A DNA stretch of 64,000 nucleotides from Desulfurivibrionaceae bacterium (GTDB lineage: Bacteria > Desulfobacterota > Desulfobulbia > Desulfobulbales > SURF-16). Under the pieces are notes generated by a model. The model was not told where the DNA came from. It was given only the letters and a program-made list of their open reading frames with translations, and did no database searches. Where the stretch lies: NCBI GenBank assembly GCA_046537975.1, contig JBKHJR010000002.1:35695-99694 (forward strand), given 5' to 3'. A program made the position numbers and the translations under genes. Below are positions 49,919-58,558 of this stretch, piece after piece. Each line of letters opens with the position of its first letter. The stretch's first letter is position 1.

Positions 49919-51682
49919 CTAAAAGCGGGCCTCAAAGGTCAGGTAGACCTGATCCATCTCCTCGATAGCCGGATACATCTGGGCGGCCAGAGGATCATCC
50001 GCCAGGTCATCTATATCCTGGGGTTCACCCAGCCAGAAGCCGCTGCCGGTGTAGTCATAGTCGTAGTGCTGATAGCCCAGGCGCATGAAGGCCTTGGAAT
50101 ACTCGGAGATCTTCCAGCCTGCGGGAATATCGTAGATCATATAGGCCTCATAGACACTGCCGCGGGTGGCAAGCTTGGCCTGATAGAGGTCGTCATGACC
50201 CGGGGTAAAGGAGATCCAGTCTTCGGAGCCGAAGTTATACTCCAGCCCCAGTTTCAGACCGAGATCATCCAGGTCGTAACGGGCCCCGGCATAAACACTG
50301 TAACCGTCTTTGGAATCAGTGGCATCTTCATCCCACCAGCTGGTCAGGAGTCCGGTCCCCATCTCGTCAACGCCGCTGGGATCGGTACGGCTCCAGCCGG
50401 CGCTGAGAAAGTAGTTCAGATTCCGCCATTTGTCCATGGCCGCGAAGCTGGTATGTTGGATGTCACCGAGGTTGGTCCGGTCCAGCATGCCGTTTTCATC
50501 TGAGTCTATCACACCGTTTCCGTCCACGTCACGGACTTGATAGGGTGTATCATATCCGTGTAGTGACATTTCCAGGATGTTGGGAAAATCAACGTCACTG
50601 GGGATGTTGAACATGTTAAAGACCCTGAAGGACTGGAAGTTGATGAAAAGGTCGTCCTTCTTGTAGACATCCCAGTTGATTCCGGCGAAATCAGTATCAT
50701 TGATGTGATCATCATTAGTGGTGACTCCGGACTCAAAGCCCCGGCCTATGCAGAGCCTTACCCGGCCGGAACCTTCGTTACCCAGGGGATTGAAATAGGC
50801 GTAGCCGAAGGTGGCGCCGTCAAAGGGATAGTTCATGAAGGCTGTGGGAGTGGCCATGGTGTCCGCGGGATCGTTGCCCATGCGGATATGCTCCGGGGGG
50901 CCGTCGGTGGTGGGCCGGCGGCCGATGGAGAACCAGATGGGGAGGTCCGCGATATTGTTCCAGTTTACGTAGGCCTGGTCCACGATCAGGTCGTTGTCAT
51001 CCGGCTGCCTGGCAGTGGTGCCGTCAAAGGAGAGAGCACTGGTGGTAAAGGGGCCGCCGAATTCCAGGGGAGTGGACTGGCCGCCGTAGGTCTTGTACAT
51101 GGCCAGGCGTCCCTTGAAGGTGACGTTTTCCATGGCCTTGACCTGCATATTCAGGCGCAGGCGGTTGGTGAACAGGGAGTCGTTGTCGTAGTCCTGGGCG
51201 GGATCAGGGGTGGCTGCTGTAAAAGGTATATCGGCCGGCGGTTGACCTCCTCCCAGAGAACCAGCTGGAATCACTCCGTTCTGGATGAGTTGATTCCTTT
51301 GGGATGCCGACATGGACCTAAACATTGGAACTAATTGGTTCTCAATATACCCGACTGAGGCATTACCCAATGTCATTGCATCAGCGATAGATACCATAGA
51401 GTCAGCCACATTCCCGGCACTGTACTGAGACGGAGCCTCGGCGCTCATGGAGTCTACCCGGGCCCGGAAGTCCCCGGAAAACTTAAAGCGGGAGGCCAGG
51501 TTCCAGTCCTCGATGTTGGCGTCAACATCATCCTGGATATACTGCTGGTCAGCCTTGAGCTCTTCCAGCTGCTGAGAGAGATTGTCGATTTGCTCCTGCA
51601 GGTCTTCCTGGCTGGCAGCGCCGGCGGTCAGCGGCAAAGCCAGGAGGCCGGTCAGGGCCAATGCGGAAAATTTTTTTACCAT
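49919..51682 (-). CDS. Outer-membrane beta-barrel protein with N-terminal coiled coil (DUF3373-like by recollection)
   Basis: I start it at ATG 51682, behind AAAGGAGGG. Signal peptide MVKKFSALALTGLLALPLTAGAA, a coiled coil (LQEQIDNLSQQLEELK), and a long Gly/Asp/Tyr-rich barrel ending LTFEARF. Confidence 0.6.
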   Translation of the reverse strand: MVKKFSALALTGLLALPLTAGAASQEDLQEQIDNLSQQLEELKADQQYIQDDVDANIEDWNLASRFKFSGDFRARVDSMSAEAPSQYSAGNVADSMVSIADAMTLGNASVGYIENQLVPMFRSMSASQRNQLIQNGVIPAGSLGGGQPPADIPFTAATPDPAQDYDNDSLFTNRLRLNMQVKAMENVTFKGRLAMYKTYGGQSTPLEFGGPFTTSALSFDGTTARQPDDNDLIVDQAYVNWNNIADLPIWFSIGRRPTTDGPPEHIRMGNDPADTMATPTAFMNYPFDGATFGYAYFNPLGNEGSGRVRLCIGRGFESGVTTNDDHINDTDFAGINWDVYKKDDLFINFQSFRVFNMFNIPSDVDFPNILEMSLHGYDTPYQVRDVDGNGVIDSDENGMLDRTNLGDIQHTSFAAMDKWRNLNYFLSAGWSRTDPSGVDEMGTGLLTSWWDEDATDSKDGYSVYAGARYDLDDLGLKLGLEYNFGSEDWISFTPGHDDLYQAKLATRGSVYEAYMIYDIPAGWKISEYSKAFMRLGYQHYDYDYTGSGFWLGEPQDIDDLADDPLAAQMYPAIEEMDQVYLTFEARF

Positions 51683-52047
51683 TTTTCCCTCCTTTAATTG
51701 GAAAAATTTTGTAAATGGGTTTGCTCGATGGTACTTAAACTGAGGCATTTTGACGCATTTTGACCGTAATTTCTACTTCATAATGGTGTAGTTGTCAAAT
51801 AAGTTGACAATTTTTTTTGAGGTGATATCCGGAAATCATTACTCAGGGAGGCAGAGTTTATCCCTGGATTCAGGGAGCCTGTTTAAAACCCACTGTTTAT
51901 AATGGGTACATAGTTTGCCTGCTGTGTGCCGTATTATTCAGCAGGGATGTCTGCCTGATGCGGTTTAAAGTTTACAGCTTACCCATGAATATATTAATGT
52001 ATCCTCACCATTACACCCCAAACTTTAAACCCAAGACCTAAAGATAT

Positions 52048-52893
52048 ATGTATTTCCAGGATATCATTTTAAGATTAAGCCAATACTGGGCCGAGCAGGG
52101 ATGCATTATTGAACAGCCCTATGACATGGAAGTGGGGGCCGGAACCTTCCATCCCGCCACCATTCTGCGGGCTTTGGGGCCGAATCCCTGGAGGGCCGCT
52201 TACGTCCAGCCCTCCAGGCGGCCCACTGACGGCCGCTACGGGGACAACCCCTATCGCCTCCAGCGTTATTACCAGTTTCAGGTGGTACTGAAACCTTCAC
52301 CTCTGGACTCCCAGGACCTGTTTCTGGGCAGTCTTAGGAGTTTTAATCTTGAGCTAACTGACCATGATGTACGGTTTGTGGAAGATGACTGGGAGTCCCC
52401 CACCCTGGGGGCCAGCGGCCTGGGCTGGGAAGTCTGGCTGGACGGCATGGAGATCGCCCAGTTCACTTATTTCCAGATGGCGGGCAGTCAGGAACTCGAC
52501 CCCATAACTGTTGAGCTTACTTACGGCCTGGAGCGTATAGCTATGTATCTCCAGGGCAAGGAAAGTGTCTATGATATAGAGTGGAACCGGGAGGTCCTTT
52601 ACGGGGATCTGGCGCATCAGGCGGAAAAGGAGTTCTCCGCCTATAATTTTGAATATGCTGATGTTGATTTTCTTTACTGGCTTTTTAATTCCTGTGAGGA
52701 AGAGGCCTTTAAGATGCTGGATCTGGATTTGCCCTTACCCGCCTATGAACATTGCCTGAAATGCTCTCATACCTTTAATCTCCTGGATGCCAGGAAAGCG
52801 ATAAGTGTTGCGGAAAGGACGAGATATATCGGCCGGATAAGGAAAATCGCCCGGGAGGTGGCCGGGAAGGTGATTGCCCGGGGCTCTGTCTGA
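52048..52893 (+). CDS. glyQ: Glycine--tRNA ligase alpha subunit
   Basis: 281 aa, highly conserved N-terminus [17 protein letters not shown]...[12 protein letters not shown]. No glyS follows. Confidence 0.95.
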   Translation: MYFQDIILRLSQYWAEQGCIIEQPYDMEVGAGTFHPATILRALGPNPWRAAYVQPSRRPTDGRYGDNPYRLQRYYQFQVVLKPSPLDSQDLFLGSLRSFNLELTDHDVRFVEDDWESPTLGASGLGWEVWLDGMEIAQFTYFQMAGSQELDPITVELTYGLERIAMYLQGKESVYDIEWNREVLYGDLAHQAEKEFSAYNFEYADVDFLYWLFNSCEEEAFKMLDLDLPLPAYEHCLKCSHTFNLLDARKAISVAERTRYIGRIRKIAREVAGKVIARGSV

Positions 52894-52896
52894 TAC

Positions 52897-54567
52897 TCAT
52901 TTCTTCCCCAGTCTGGCTAAGGTGATAACAAGGGAGATAAGGGGGACGATCAGAAAGGCGGTAAGGGAGAGGGCGGTTCTCTGGAAGTCGTAATCAGTGA
53001 GGATTCTTCCCCACCTGTATTCATCGAGAGCAGGTTCCAGTCCCATTCCTATGAACAGTGCAACCCCCATTACGATAAATTCAAGGATGAAAAGGGATTT
53101 ACCGAAAATCCAGGCTCCGTCCAGAATGGTTCTTATCCAGATCATCCTGCCATAGAGGGAGTTGAGTACGGCAATACTTTTCCTCACATCAAAAAAAAGG
53201 GCCAGGGCTTTTTTATAAGACGAGGGGGTGGTTTCACCCATCAGTTTGCGGATACGGGCAATTTTCTTGGAGGCGGATTCCAGATTATCCCCAAAGCGGC
53301 TGAAAAAATTTTGGTACTTATAGTCCTGCCAGAAAGGCTTATAGACTTTCATCTCATGCTCTGCCTGCCTGACCCGGCGCTGAAAGGCATTTTTCTGCTT
53401 AAAGAATGTCTCCTGCCATTGCCTCAAGAGGTATTTGCTTTCTTTTGACAGAGTCAGAAGATCGTAGTATCCCTGGTGCTGAAAAAGGCTTGTTAACTGA
53501 TTCAGCTTCTCTTTTCTTTCCTGTTGGCTCCTGTCTTCTTCATCAAACCAGACATCCAGATTGGCAAATGTCCTACTGAGCGAGGATATATATTCTTCAG
53601 CTTCCTGCTTCACTTTCGAGTAGCGGGAGGAGGCGATATCCTCAACCAGTTCCTGTTCCGGGATAAAAGCAGGATCCATGAGAGCGGTCATGAAGTACTC
53701 CCTGCTTTCTTTCATGAGGTCGCGGAGCTCTTTTACACTGTTATTATCCAGGCCTGTCTCCACTGCCAGCTGTATCTTGCGGTAGGCTATTTCATCTGCG
53801 TAATAAATGCTTTTTTCGGCAATGGACAGGGCATTACGGCTCCGCCAAGGATCGTCATTTATCTGATAATAACGGGACAGGAGAAAGCCTATGTAAATCC
53901 TTTCTTTTTCCAGGGTGGCGAGGATCTCCGCTTTTTTCAGGTATGAGAGCATTTCCTCAAAATAGCCGGTTTCCAGAGAGAGAAAGGCCAGGGCCACGTT
54001 GGCACAGAAAGTTTTACCCTTTGGTTCATTTGTTTCTTTTTTAAGCAGGTCCCGGGCTTCTTCATACTTTCTGACTCTTAAGTAATCCAGGCCCAGGTAG
54101 AGATTGCGCCTGTCAATATTTCTCTGGCCGGTTCTTTCCAGCTTTTGCCATTCCGGCTGTATGCTGAAAGCAACCTGATAGAGAAAGCGGATCTGATAAA
54201 GGCGGCTGATATCCAGAAAGGCGATGAGTACGAGGATCTCTGTATCCTGGGCCAGTTGTGAATTGGTGATGCCGGTATCCAGCCTCGACAGCGGAGAGCT
54301 GTAATCCGGGAAGATTTTCCGGTATATGTCGTTTAATTCCGAAAAGGACAGCCGGCCCACTCTGCTGAGTCCGCGGATGTTCATGGTCAGCAGACGGCTG
54401 GGGCATTCGGAGGGAGTATGCCCGGTCATGCTGCAGTAAAAACAGGGGGGACCTTCCAGGGAGACCGGCAGTTCTCTGGCAGGAAGAAGGAAGTCCATAC
54501 CAGGTGCCATGTCGGAACCGGTCTCAGCTTCCCGGTAATTTTCCGGAGAATTCAGGTCATCGTTCAT
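52897..54567 (-). CDS. CCHC zinc-knuckle protein with a large helical (TPR-like) domain and two C-terminal TM helices
   Basis: 556 aa. Residues 42-55 CFYCSMTGHTPSEC match exactly CX2CX4HX4C. The long alpha-helical middle has a TPR-like segment (YLGLDYLRVRKYEEARDLL). The hydrophobic C-terminus is FILEFIVMGVALFIGMGL and LSLTAFLIVPLISLVITLA. Confidence 0.6.
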   Translation of the reverse strand: MNDDLNSPENYREAETGSDMAPGMDFLLPARELPVSLEGPPCFYCSMTGHTPSECPSRLLTMNIRGLSRVGRLSFSELNDIYRKIFPDYSSPLSRLDTGITNSQLAQDTEILVLIAFLDISRLYQIRFLYQVAFSIQPEWQKLERTGQRNIDRRNLYLGLDYLRVRKYEEARDLLKKETNEPKGKTFCANVALAFLSLETGYFEEMLSYLKKAEILATLEKERIYIGFLLSRYYQINDDPWRSRNALSIAEKSIYYADEIAYRKIQLAVETGLDNNSVKELRDLMKESREYFMTALMDPAFIPEQELVEDIASSRYSKVKQEAEEYISSLSRTFANLDVWFDEEDRSQQERKEKLNQLTSLFQHQGYYDLLTLSKESKYLLRQWQETFFKQKNAFQRRVRQAEHEMKVYKPFWQDYKYQNFFSRFGDNLESASKKIARIRKLMGETTPSSYKKALALFFDVRKSIAVLNSLYGRMIWIRTILDGAWIFGKSLFILEFIVMGVALFIGMGLEPALDEYRWGRILTDYDFQRTALSLTAFLIVPLISLVITLARLGKK

Positions 54568-54576
54568 TGGAGTCCA

Positions 54577-54604
54577 AAGGTCGGGGTTCAGAGATCAGAG
54601 GCGC
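54577..54604 (+). repeat. Short degenerate heptad array, copy D (spacer before the zinc-knuckle gene)
   Basis: AAGGTCG GGGTTCA GAGATCA GAGGCGC on the plus strand. In the gene sense it reads ...CUCUGAUCUCUGAACCCCGACCUU 10 nt before the ATG. Confidence 0.5.
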
Positions 54605-54624
54605 AATACAGTATCGGTCCACTC

Positions 54625-55773
54625 CTACAAAGACCTTAGCAGTCGTTTTACCTCGAGATTGTCAGGATATAACCGAGAGGCGGTCCCGGCCCATTTATCC
54701 GCCCGGACCAGTCTGCCCATATCATAATAGGCCTTGGCCAGGGCCATGAGCACTTCCAGTTCTTCACCATATTCAGAAGCAGCTTTTTCCAGGTGGTTCA
54801 CCGCTTCCATGTTTTTCCTTTTATGCCGGTATATGATGCCAAGCATCTTATGGCTGTATAAGTTGTCAGGTTCCTTTTTAACCGAGGTCTGGAAGCACTT
54901 TATAGCCAACTCGTACATTTCGTTCCGGGCCGCCATATCACCGGCTTTGATCAGCAATTCCATATCGCAGGGATTATATTTCAATATATGGCCAAGGATC
55001 CTGGCTGCTTCTTCTTTTTCCTGTCTTTCCAAGAGAAGGGAGGCGAAGTCGAAGGCCCATTCCTGGCGTCTCGGATTGATTTCCAGAGCTCTGCTGAAAT
55101 GATGGACAGCCTGGTCGACCCTGTCTTCCTCCACAAAGAGTTTCCCCAAATTGTAATGGGAAGATATATCAAGCTGATTAAGGGCAACTGATTTTCGGAA
55201 ATATTTCCGGGCTTCTTTTTTGTCGCCGATTTCAATGAATAGTTTGCCCAGTTCCCGCAAGGGCCGGGAAGAGTCGGGTTTAGCTGCCGCCGCCTTCCGG
55301 GCCTCTACTATGGCTTCGGATATCCTGCCCTCTTCCTTCAGATCACGGGCCGCCCTGAGGTGAATTACCATGGGTTCCGGAGATCTGGCCCTGGCCAGAA
55401 TGGAATCTATGGTTTTGGACAGGGTGGCGGAATTAAAAGGCAGGCCCAGATAACCGTCCACATCGTATTCAGCCGCCTCTGCCACGACTTCTCTGTTTGT
55501 CTCAGCAGTGATTATCAGGAAGAGGGTATTCCTTAATTTCCTGTCTTTTCGTACGCGCCGCAGCAGTTCAATTCCGTTTATCCCGGGTAAAGTGTAATCG
55601 GCAATAATGAGGTCGACCCTGTTTTTCTGAAGGAATTCCCAGGCCTTTGTGCCGTTGCCTGTTTCCTGGATATTCCTGCCGTACTGCGCCATCCGGAGCA
55701 TGGTCCTTACTGAACGGCGCATAAAATCGCCTCTTCCTGCGATCAGCATATTAAGTTTGCTCGGGCTAAGCAA
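54625..55773 (-). CDS. Receiver-domain (degenerate) plus TPR-repeat protein
   Basis: 382 aa. The CheY-like fold has the DLIIAD Asp and the LIITAE Thr. The N-terminal acidic pair is replaced (LIAGRGDF) and the conserved Lys is Leu (YLGLPF). The C-terminal about 250 aa are TPR repeats. Confidence 0.8.
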   Translation of the reverse strand: MLSPSKLNMLIAGRGDFMRRSVRTMLRMAQYGRNIQETGNGTKAWEFLQKNRVDLIIADYTLPGINGIELLRRVRKDRKLRNTLFLIITAETNREVVAEAAEYDVDGYLGLPFNSATLSKTIDSILARARSPEPMVIHLRAARDLKEEGRISEAIVEARKAAAAKPDSSRPLRELGKLFIEIGDKKEARKYFRKSVALNQLDISSHYNLGKLFVEEDRVDQAVHHFSRALEINPRRQEWAFDFASLLLERQEKEEAARILGHILKYNPCDMELLIKAGDMAARNEMYELAIKCFQTSVKKEPDNLYSHKMLGIIYRHKRKNMEAVNHLEKAASEYGEELEVLMALAKAYYDMGRLVRADKWAGTASRLYPDNLEVKRLLRSL

Positions 55774-55793
55774 AAGAGTAATCCTTACGATTT

Positions 55794-56600
55794 TCAGGAA
55801 AAATTTTTATCAGATGATCCGTTGTTGCTTTCCATCTGAAGAAGCCGGATGTTCTGAGCCTCATACCTGTCTGAATCACGGTTATTGGGGGCTATCTGAA
55901 ATTCAAAAATATTAGAGGGGTTGTGAAAGACCTGTGGTGAGCTTTCAAAGGGAGATTGGGAACAATGGAAAAAAAGACTGTCACTTTCCAGTCCCAGGGC
56001 GGTCAATCTGTAATAACGCATAAATCCAAAGCCCCGATCCGGCTTATAGCTGATCACTGTGCCCCGGTACCATTCTCTGGGATCATGATCACCCTGAATC
56101 GGTAAAAGGCCGGGAACCAGGAAGCCGGAAATAAAGAAATCGGCGGTCTCTCTTAAACTCGAGCTGACATTATTGAAACCGATGACCTCAACCCGGCAAC
56201 CTCTGTTCTGGATGGCCGTTACCAGACGGATAAAGTCTCCATCCCCGGTTACCAGGATAATCCGGTCGAGGTTGCGGGACTGGAGGAGGGCGTCAATGGC
56301 CAGGTCCATATCAGCGTTGGCTTTGGTGGTAACAACCCCCTCTTCATCAACATAATGCTGAACATATTTTTTAATGACCTTAAAACCGTGATTACGGACG
56401 ATGTTATGGTAATTATGAACCTTCTGCCGGTATTCGCCATCGTTTTCAGTCCTTTCCCGGTCTTCAGCCAGATAGGAGTTGGCCCTTAAGAGCTGCGAGT
56501 TCCCTCCATTGGCCAGATCAACCAGGACATCATAACGCATGCCGTATCCTCCGCTTAGCCGGATGTTTTCTGCGTCAACGTATATACCGGTTTTAAACAT
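55794..56600 (-). CDS. NYN/LabA-like ribonuclease domain fused to a cold-shock (CSD/OB) domain
   Basis: 268 aa. NYN motifs GIYVDAENI, ADMDLAIDAL and ILVTGDGDFIRLV. The C-terminal YRGTVISYKPDRGFGFM...LFFHCSQ...FEFQI matches the cold-shock domain pattern. Confidence 0.8.
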   Translation of the reverse strand: MFKTGIYVDAENIRLSGGYGMRYDVLVDLANGGNSQLLRANSYLAEDRERTENDGEYRQKVHNYHNIVRNHGFKVIKKYVQHYVDEEGVVTTKANADMDLAIDALLQSRNLDRIILVTGDGDFIRLVTAIQNRGCRVEVIGFNNVSSSLRETADFFISGFLVPGLLPIQGDHDPREWYRGTVISYKPDRGFGFMRYYRLTALGLESDSLFFHCSQSPFESSPQVFHNPSNIFEFQIAPNNRDSDRYEAQNIRLLQMESNNGSSDKNFS

Positions 56601-56605
56601 AAGAG

Positions 56606-56633
56606 TTCGGAGATCAGGAGTCGGAGATCAGAA
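56606..56633 (+). repeat. Heptad array, copy E1 (5' leader of the NYN-CSD gene, C/U-rich in the gene sense)
   Basis: TTCGGAG ATCAGGA GTCGGAG ATCAGAA on the plus strand (a 14-nt unit twice). It lies 6-33 nt upstream of the minus-strand ATG at 56600. Confidence 0.8.
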
Positions 56634-56646
56634 TGTCGTTGTGCCT

Positions 56647-56676
56647 AATATATTTGCAATCTTGAGCAATGTCCAA
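56647..56676 (-). promoter_or_regulatory. Candidate sigma-70 promoter for the NYN-CSD / receiver-TPR / zinc-knuckle genes
   Basis: Minus strand: TTGGAC (56676-56671), 18 nt of spacer, then TATATT (56652-56647). The predicted leader of about 40 nt consists of array E1. Confidence 0.4.
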
Positions 56677-56784
56677 GGAAGATTCGGTTTTATTGTTTTC
56701 TCCATTGCAGTCAGTCAGCTAAACAATAAGCTCTTTAGCCGAGTTGATCTGCATACTTTTTCCCGCTGAATTGCCGGCCTTGCC

Positions 56785-56833
56785 CTCTGTCCTCAGACTT
56801 CAGACTTCAGACTTCAGACTTTAGACCTCTGCC
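56785..56833 (-). repeat. Heptad array, copy E2 (immediately downstream of guaA)
   Basis: Plus-strand units CTCTGTC CTCAGAC TTCAGAC TTCAGAC TTCAGAC TTTAGAC CTCTGCC. In the gene sense these are GUCUGAA/GUCUGAG units starting about 14 nt after the guaA stop. Confidence 0.9.
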
Positions 56834-56846
56834 CCCGCCCACTGAA

Positions 56847-58397
56847 TCACTCCCATTCAATGGTCCCGGGAGGTTTGGAGGAAATGTCGTAGACCACCCG
56901 GTTTACCCCCTTCACTTCATTTATCAGGCGGTTCGAAATGCGGCCCATCAGCTCGTAAGGCAGCTTGGACCAGTCTGCAGTCATGGCATCAACGCTGTCT
57001 ACGGAGCGCAGGGCGATTACGTGTTCATAGGTCCGCTCATCCCCCATAACACCAACGGTCTGAATGGGCAAAAGCACGGCAAAGGACTGCCATACCTTGT
57101 AATAGTAGCCTGAACTCTTCATCTCGTCCAGTATAATAGTATCAGCCTGTCTCAGGATTTCAAGGCGTTCCCCGGTAACCTCTCCCATTATTCTTATCGC
57201 CAGTCCGGGACCGGGAAAAGGCTGGCGGTAAATGGCTTCCTTAGGCAGTTCCAGGGTGAGACCGAGTTCCCGGACTTCATCCTTGAACAGTTCCCGCAGG
57301 GGTTCAATAAGATCGAGCTTCATAATCTCTGGCAATCCCCCCACATTATGATGGGATTTAATGGCTGCCGCTCCCCGGAAGGACACGGATTCAATGACAT
57401 CCGGATAAAGGGTGCCCTGGGCCAGGAATTTGACGTCTCCCAGTTTGACAGCCTCTTTTTCAAAGATCTTTATGAAGCCCTGACCGATTATCCTCCGTTT
57501 TTCTTCGGGATCCCTTATGCCCTGGAGCTGGTCAAGAAAATAATCGACAGCATCGACCTCAATCACCCGGAGATGCTCCTGTTCCTTGAAAAAGCGCATA
57601 AGCCTCTTTGTTTCTCCGGCACGCATCAGACCGTTATTCACATAGATGCAGGTCAACTGGTCGCCTACAGCCCGGTGCACCAGGGCGGCGGTTACCGAGG
57701 AATCGACTCCGCCGGAAAGAGCGCAGATTACTTTATTATCACCGACTTTTTCCTTGATGGCGGCCACCGTGGTATCCACAAAGGATTCCATGGTCCATGC
57801 CGGCCGGCAGTTGCAGATATTAAAGATAAAGTTGGCCAGCACATCATTGCCGATAAGGGTATGAGCGACCTCCGGGTGGAACTGCACGCCAAACAGGGGC
57901 TTTTCCTGGTGACGGACCGCGGCCAGGGGGCTGTGTTCACTCCGGGCTGCGGCCTGGAATCCGGCGGGGGCCCGGTCAATCCTGTCGCCATGGCTCATCC
58001 AGACCTGATAGCGGGGCGAACCGGTAGCCAGGTCGGCAAATAAGCCGTCGGTGCGGAGGATCTCCAGGTCCGCCTTGCCGTATTCCCTTTTCGCGGCCCC
58101 GGCCACAGCACCGCCTAATTGGTGCATCATTAACTGGGCTCCGTAGCAGATGCCAAGCACGGGAATACCCAGATCCAGAAGATCGGGGTCGGTCATCGGG
58201 GCATCTTCGTCATAGACGCTGGCCGGGCCACCGGACAGAACTATGCCTGAAGGCTTCATCTTCTTGAGTTCGTCAAGGGACAGGGTGTAGGGATGGATCT
58301 CACTGTAGACCCTCTGTTCCCTGATCCGCCTGGCTATGAGCTGGGTGGTCTGGGAACCGAAATCAAGGACAATTATTTTTTCCTGATGTATATCCAT
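56847..58397 (-). CDS. guaA: GMP synthase (glutamine-hydrolysing)
   Basis: The start is set at ATG 58397 ([20 protein letters not shown]...), which matches the usual GuaA N-terminus. The track start (TTG 58409) lies inside the heptad array. GATase and ATP-PPase (SGGVDSSV) domains, C-terminus TIEWE. Confidence 0.95.
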   Translation of the reverse strand: MDIHQEKIIVLDFGSQTTQLIARRIREQRVYSEIHPYTLSLDELKKMKPSGIVLSGGPASVYDEDAPMTDPDLLDLGIPVLGICYGAQLMMHQLGGAVAGAAKREYGKADLEILRTDGLFADLATGSPRYQVWMSHGDRIDRAPAGFQAAARSEHSPLAAVRHQEKPLFGVQFHPEVAHTLIGNDVLANFIFNICNCRPAWTMESFVDTTVAAIKEKVGDNKVICALSGGVDSSVTAALVHRAVGDQLTCIYVNNGLMRAGETKRLMRFFKEQEHLRVIEVDAVDYFLDQLQGIRDPEEKRRIIGQGFIKIFEKEAVKLGDVKFLAQGTLYPDVIESVSFRGAAAIKSHHNVGGLPEIMKLDLIEPLRELFKDEVRELGLTLELPKEAIYRQPFPGPGLAIRIMGEVTGERLEILRQADTIILDEMKSSGYYYKVWQSFAVLLPIQTVGVMGDERTYEHVIALRSVDSVDAMTADWSKLPYELMGRISNRLINEVKGVNRVVYDISSKPPGTIEWE

Positions 58398-58400
58398 GGA

Positions 58401-58558
58401 CAGTTTCAAGTTTCAAGTTTCAAGTTTCAAGTTTCAAGGCACAAGGCACAAGGTACAAGGTATAAGGTGCAAGATTAAAGGCTTAGGCTGCTGTTGTCTG
58501 ACCTCTGTCTTCTGTCTTTTGACCTCCGACCTCCGACCTCCGACCTCCGACTTCCGGG
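58401..58558 (-). repeat. Composite heptad element, copy F: fills the whole guaB-guaA spacer
   Basis: 22 consecutive plus-strand units in a single register from 58407: CAAGTTT x4, CAAGGCA x2, CAAGGTA x2, TAAGGTG, CAAGATT, AAAGGCT, TAGGCTG, CTGTTGT, CTGACCT, CTGTCTT x2, TTGACCT, CCGACCT x3, CCGACTT, CCGGGGC. It ends 2 nt before the guaB stop. Confidence 0.95.

Noticed and set aside
51811-52047. T-box or other riboswitch in the 240-nt region upstream of glyQ.
   Set aside because: There is no T-box consensus (AAUUAGGGUGGUACCGCG-like) and no specifier-loop architecture. Only short generic hairpins are present.
58398-58409. TTG start codon for guaA proposed by the ORF track (MKLSMDIHQ...).
   Set aside because: The TTG lies inside the CAAGTTT heptad array. 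The ATG at 58397 yields [16 protein letters not shown], the canonical GuaA N-terminus.
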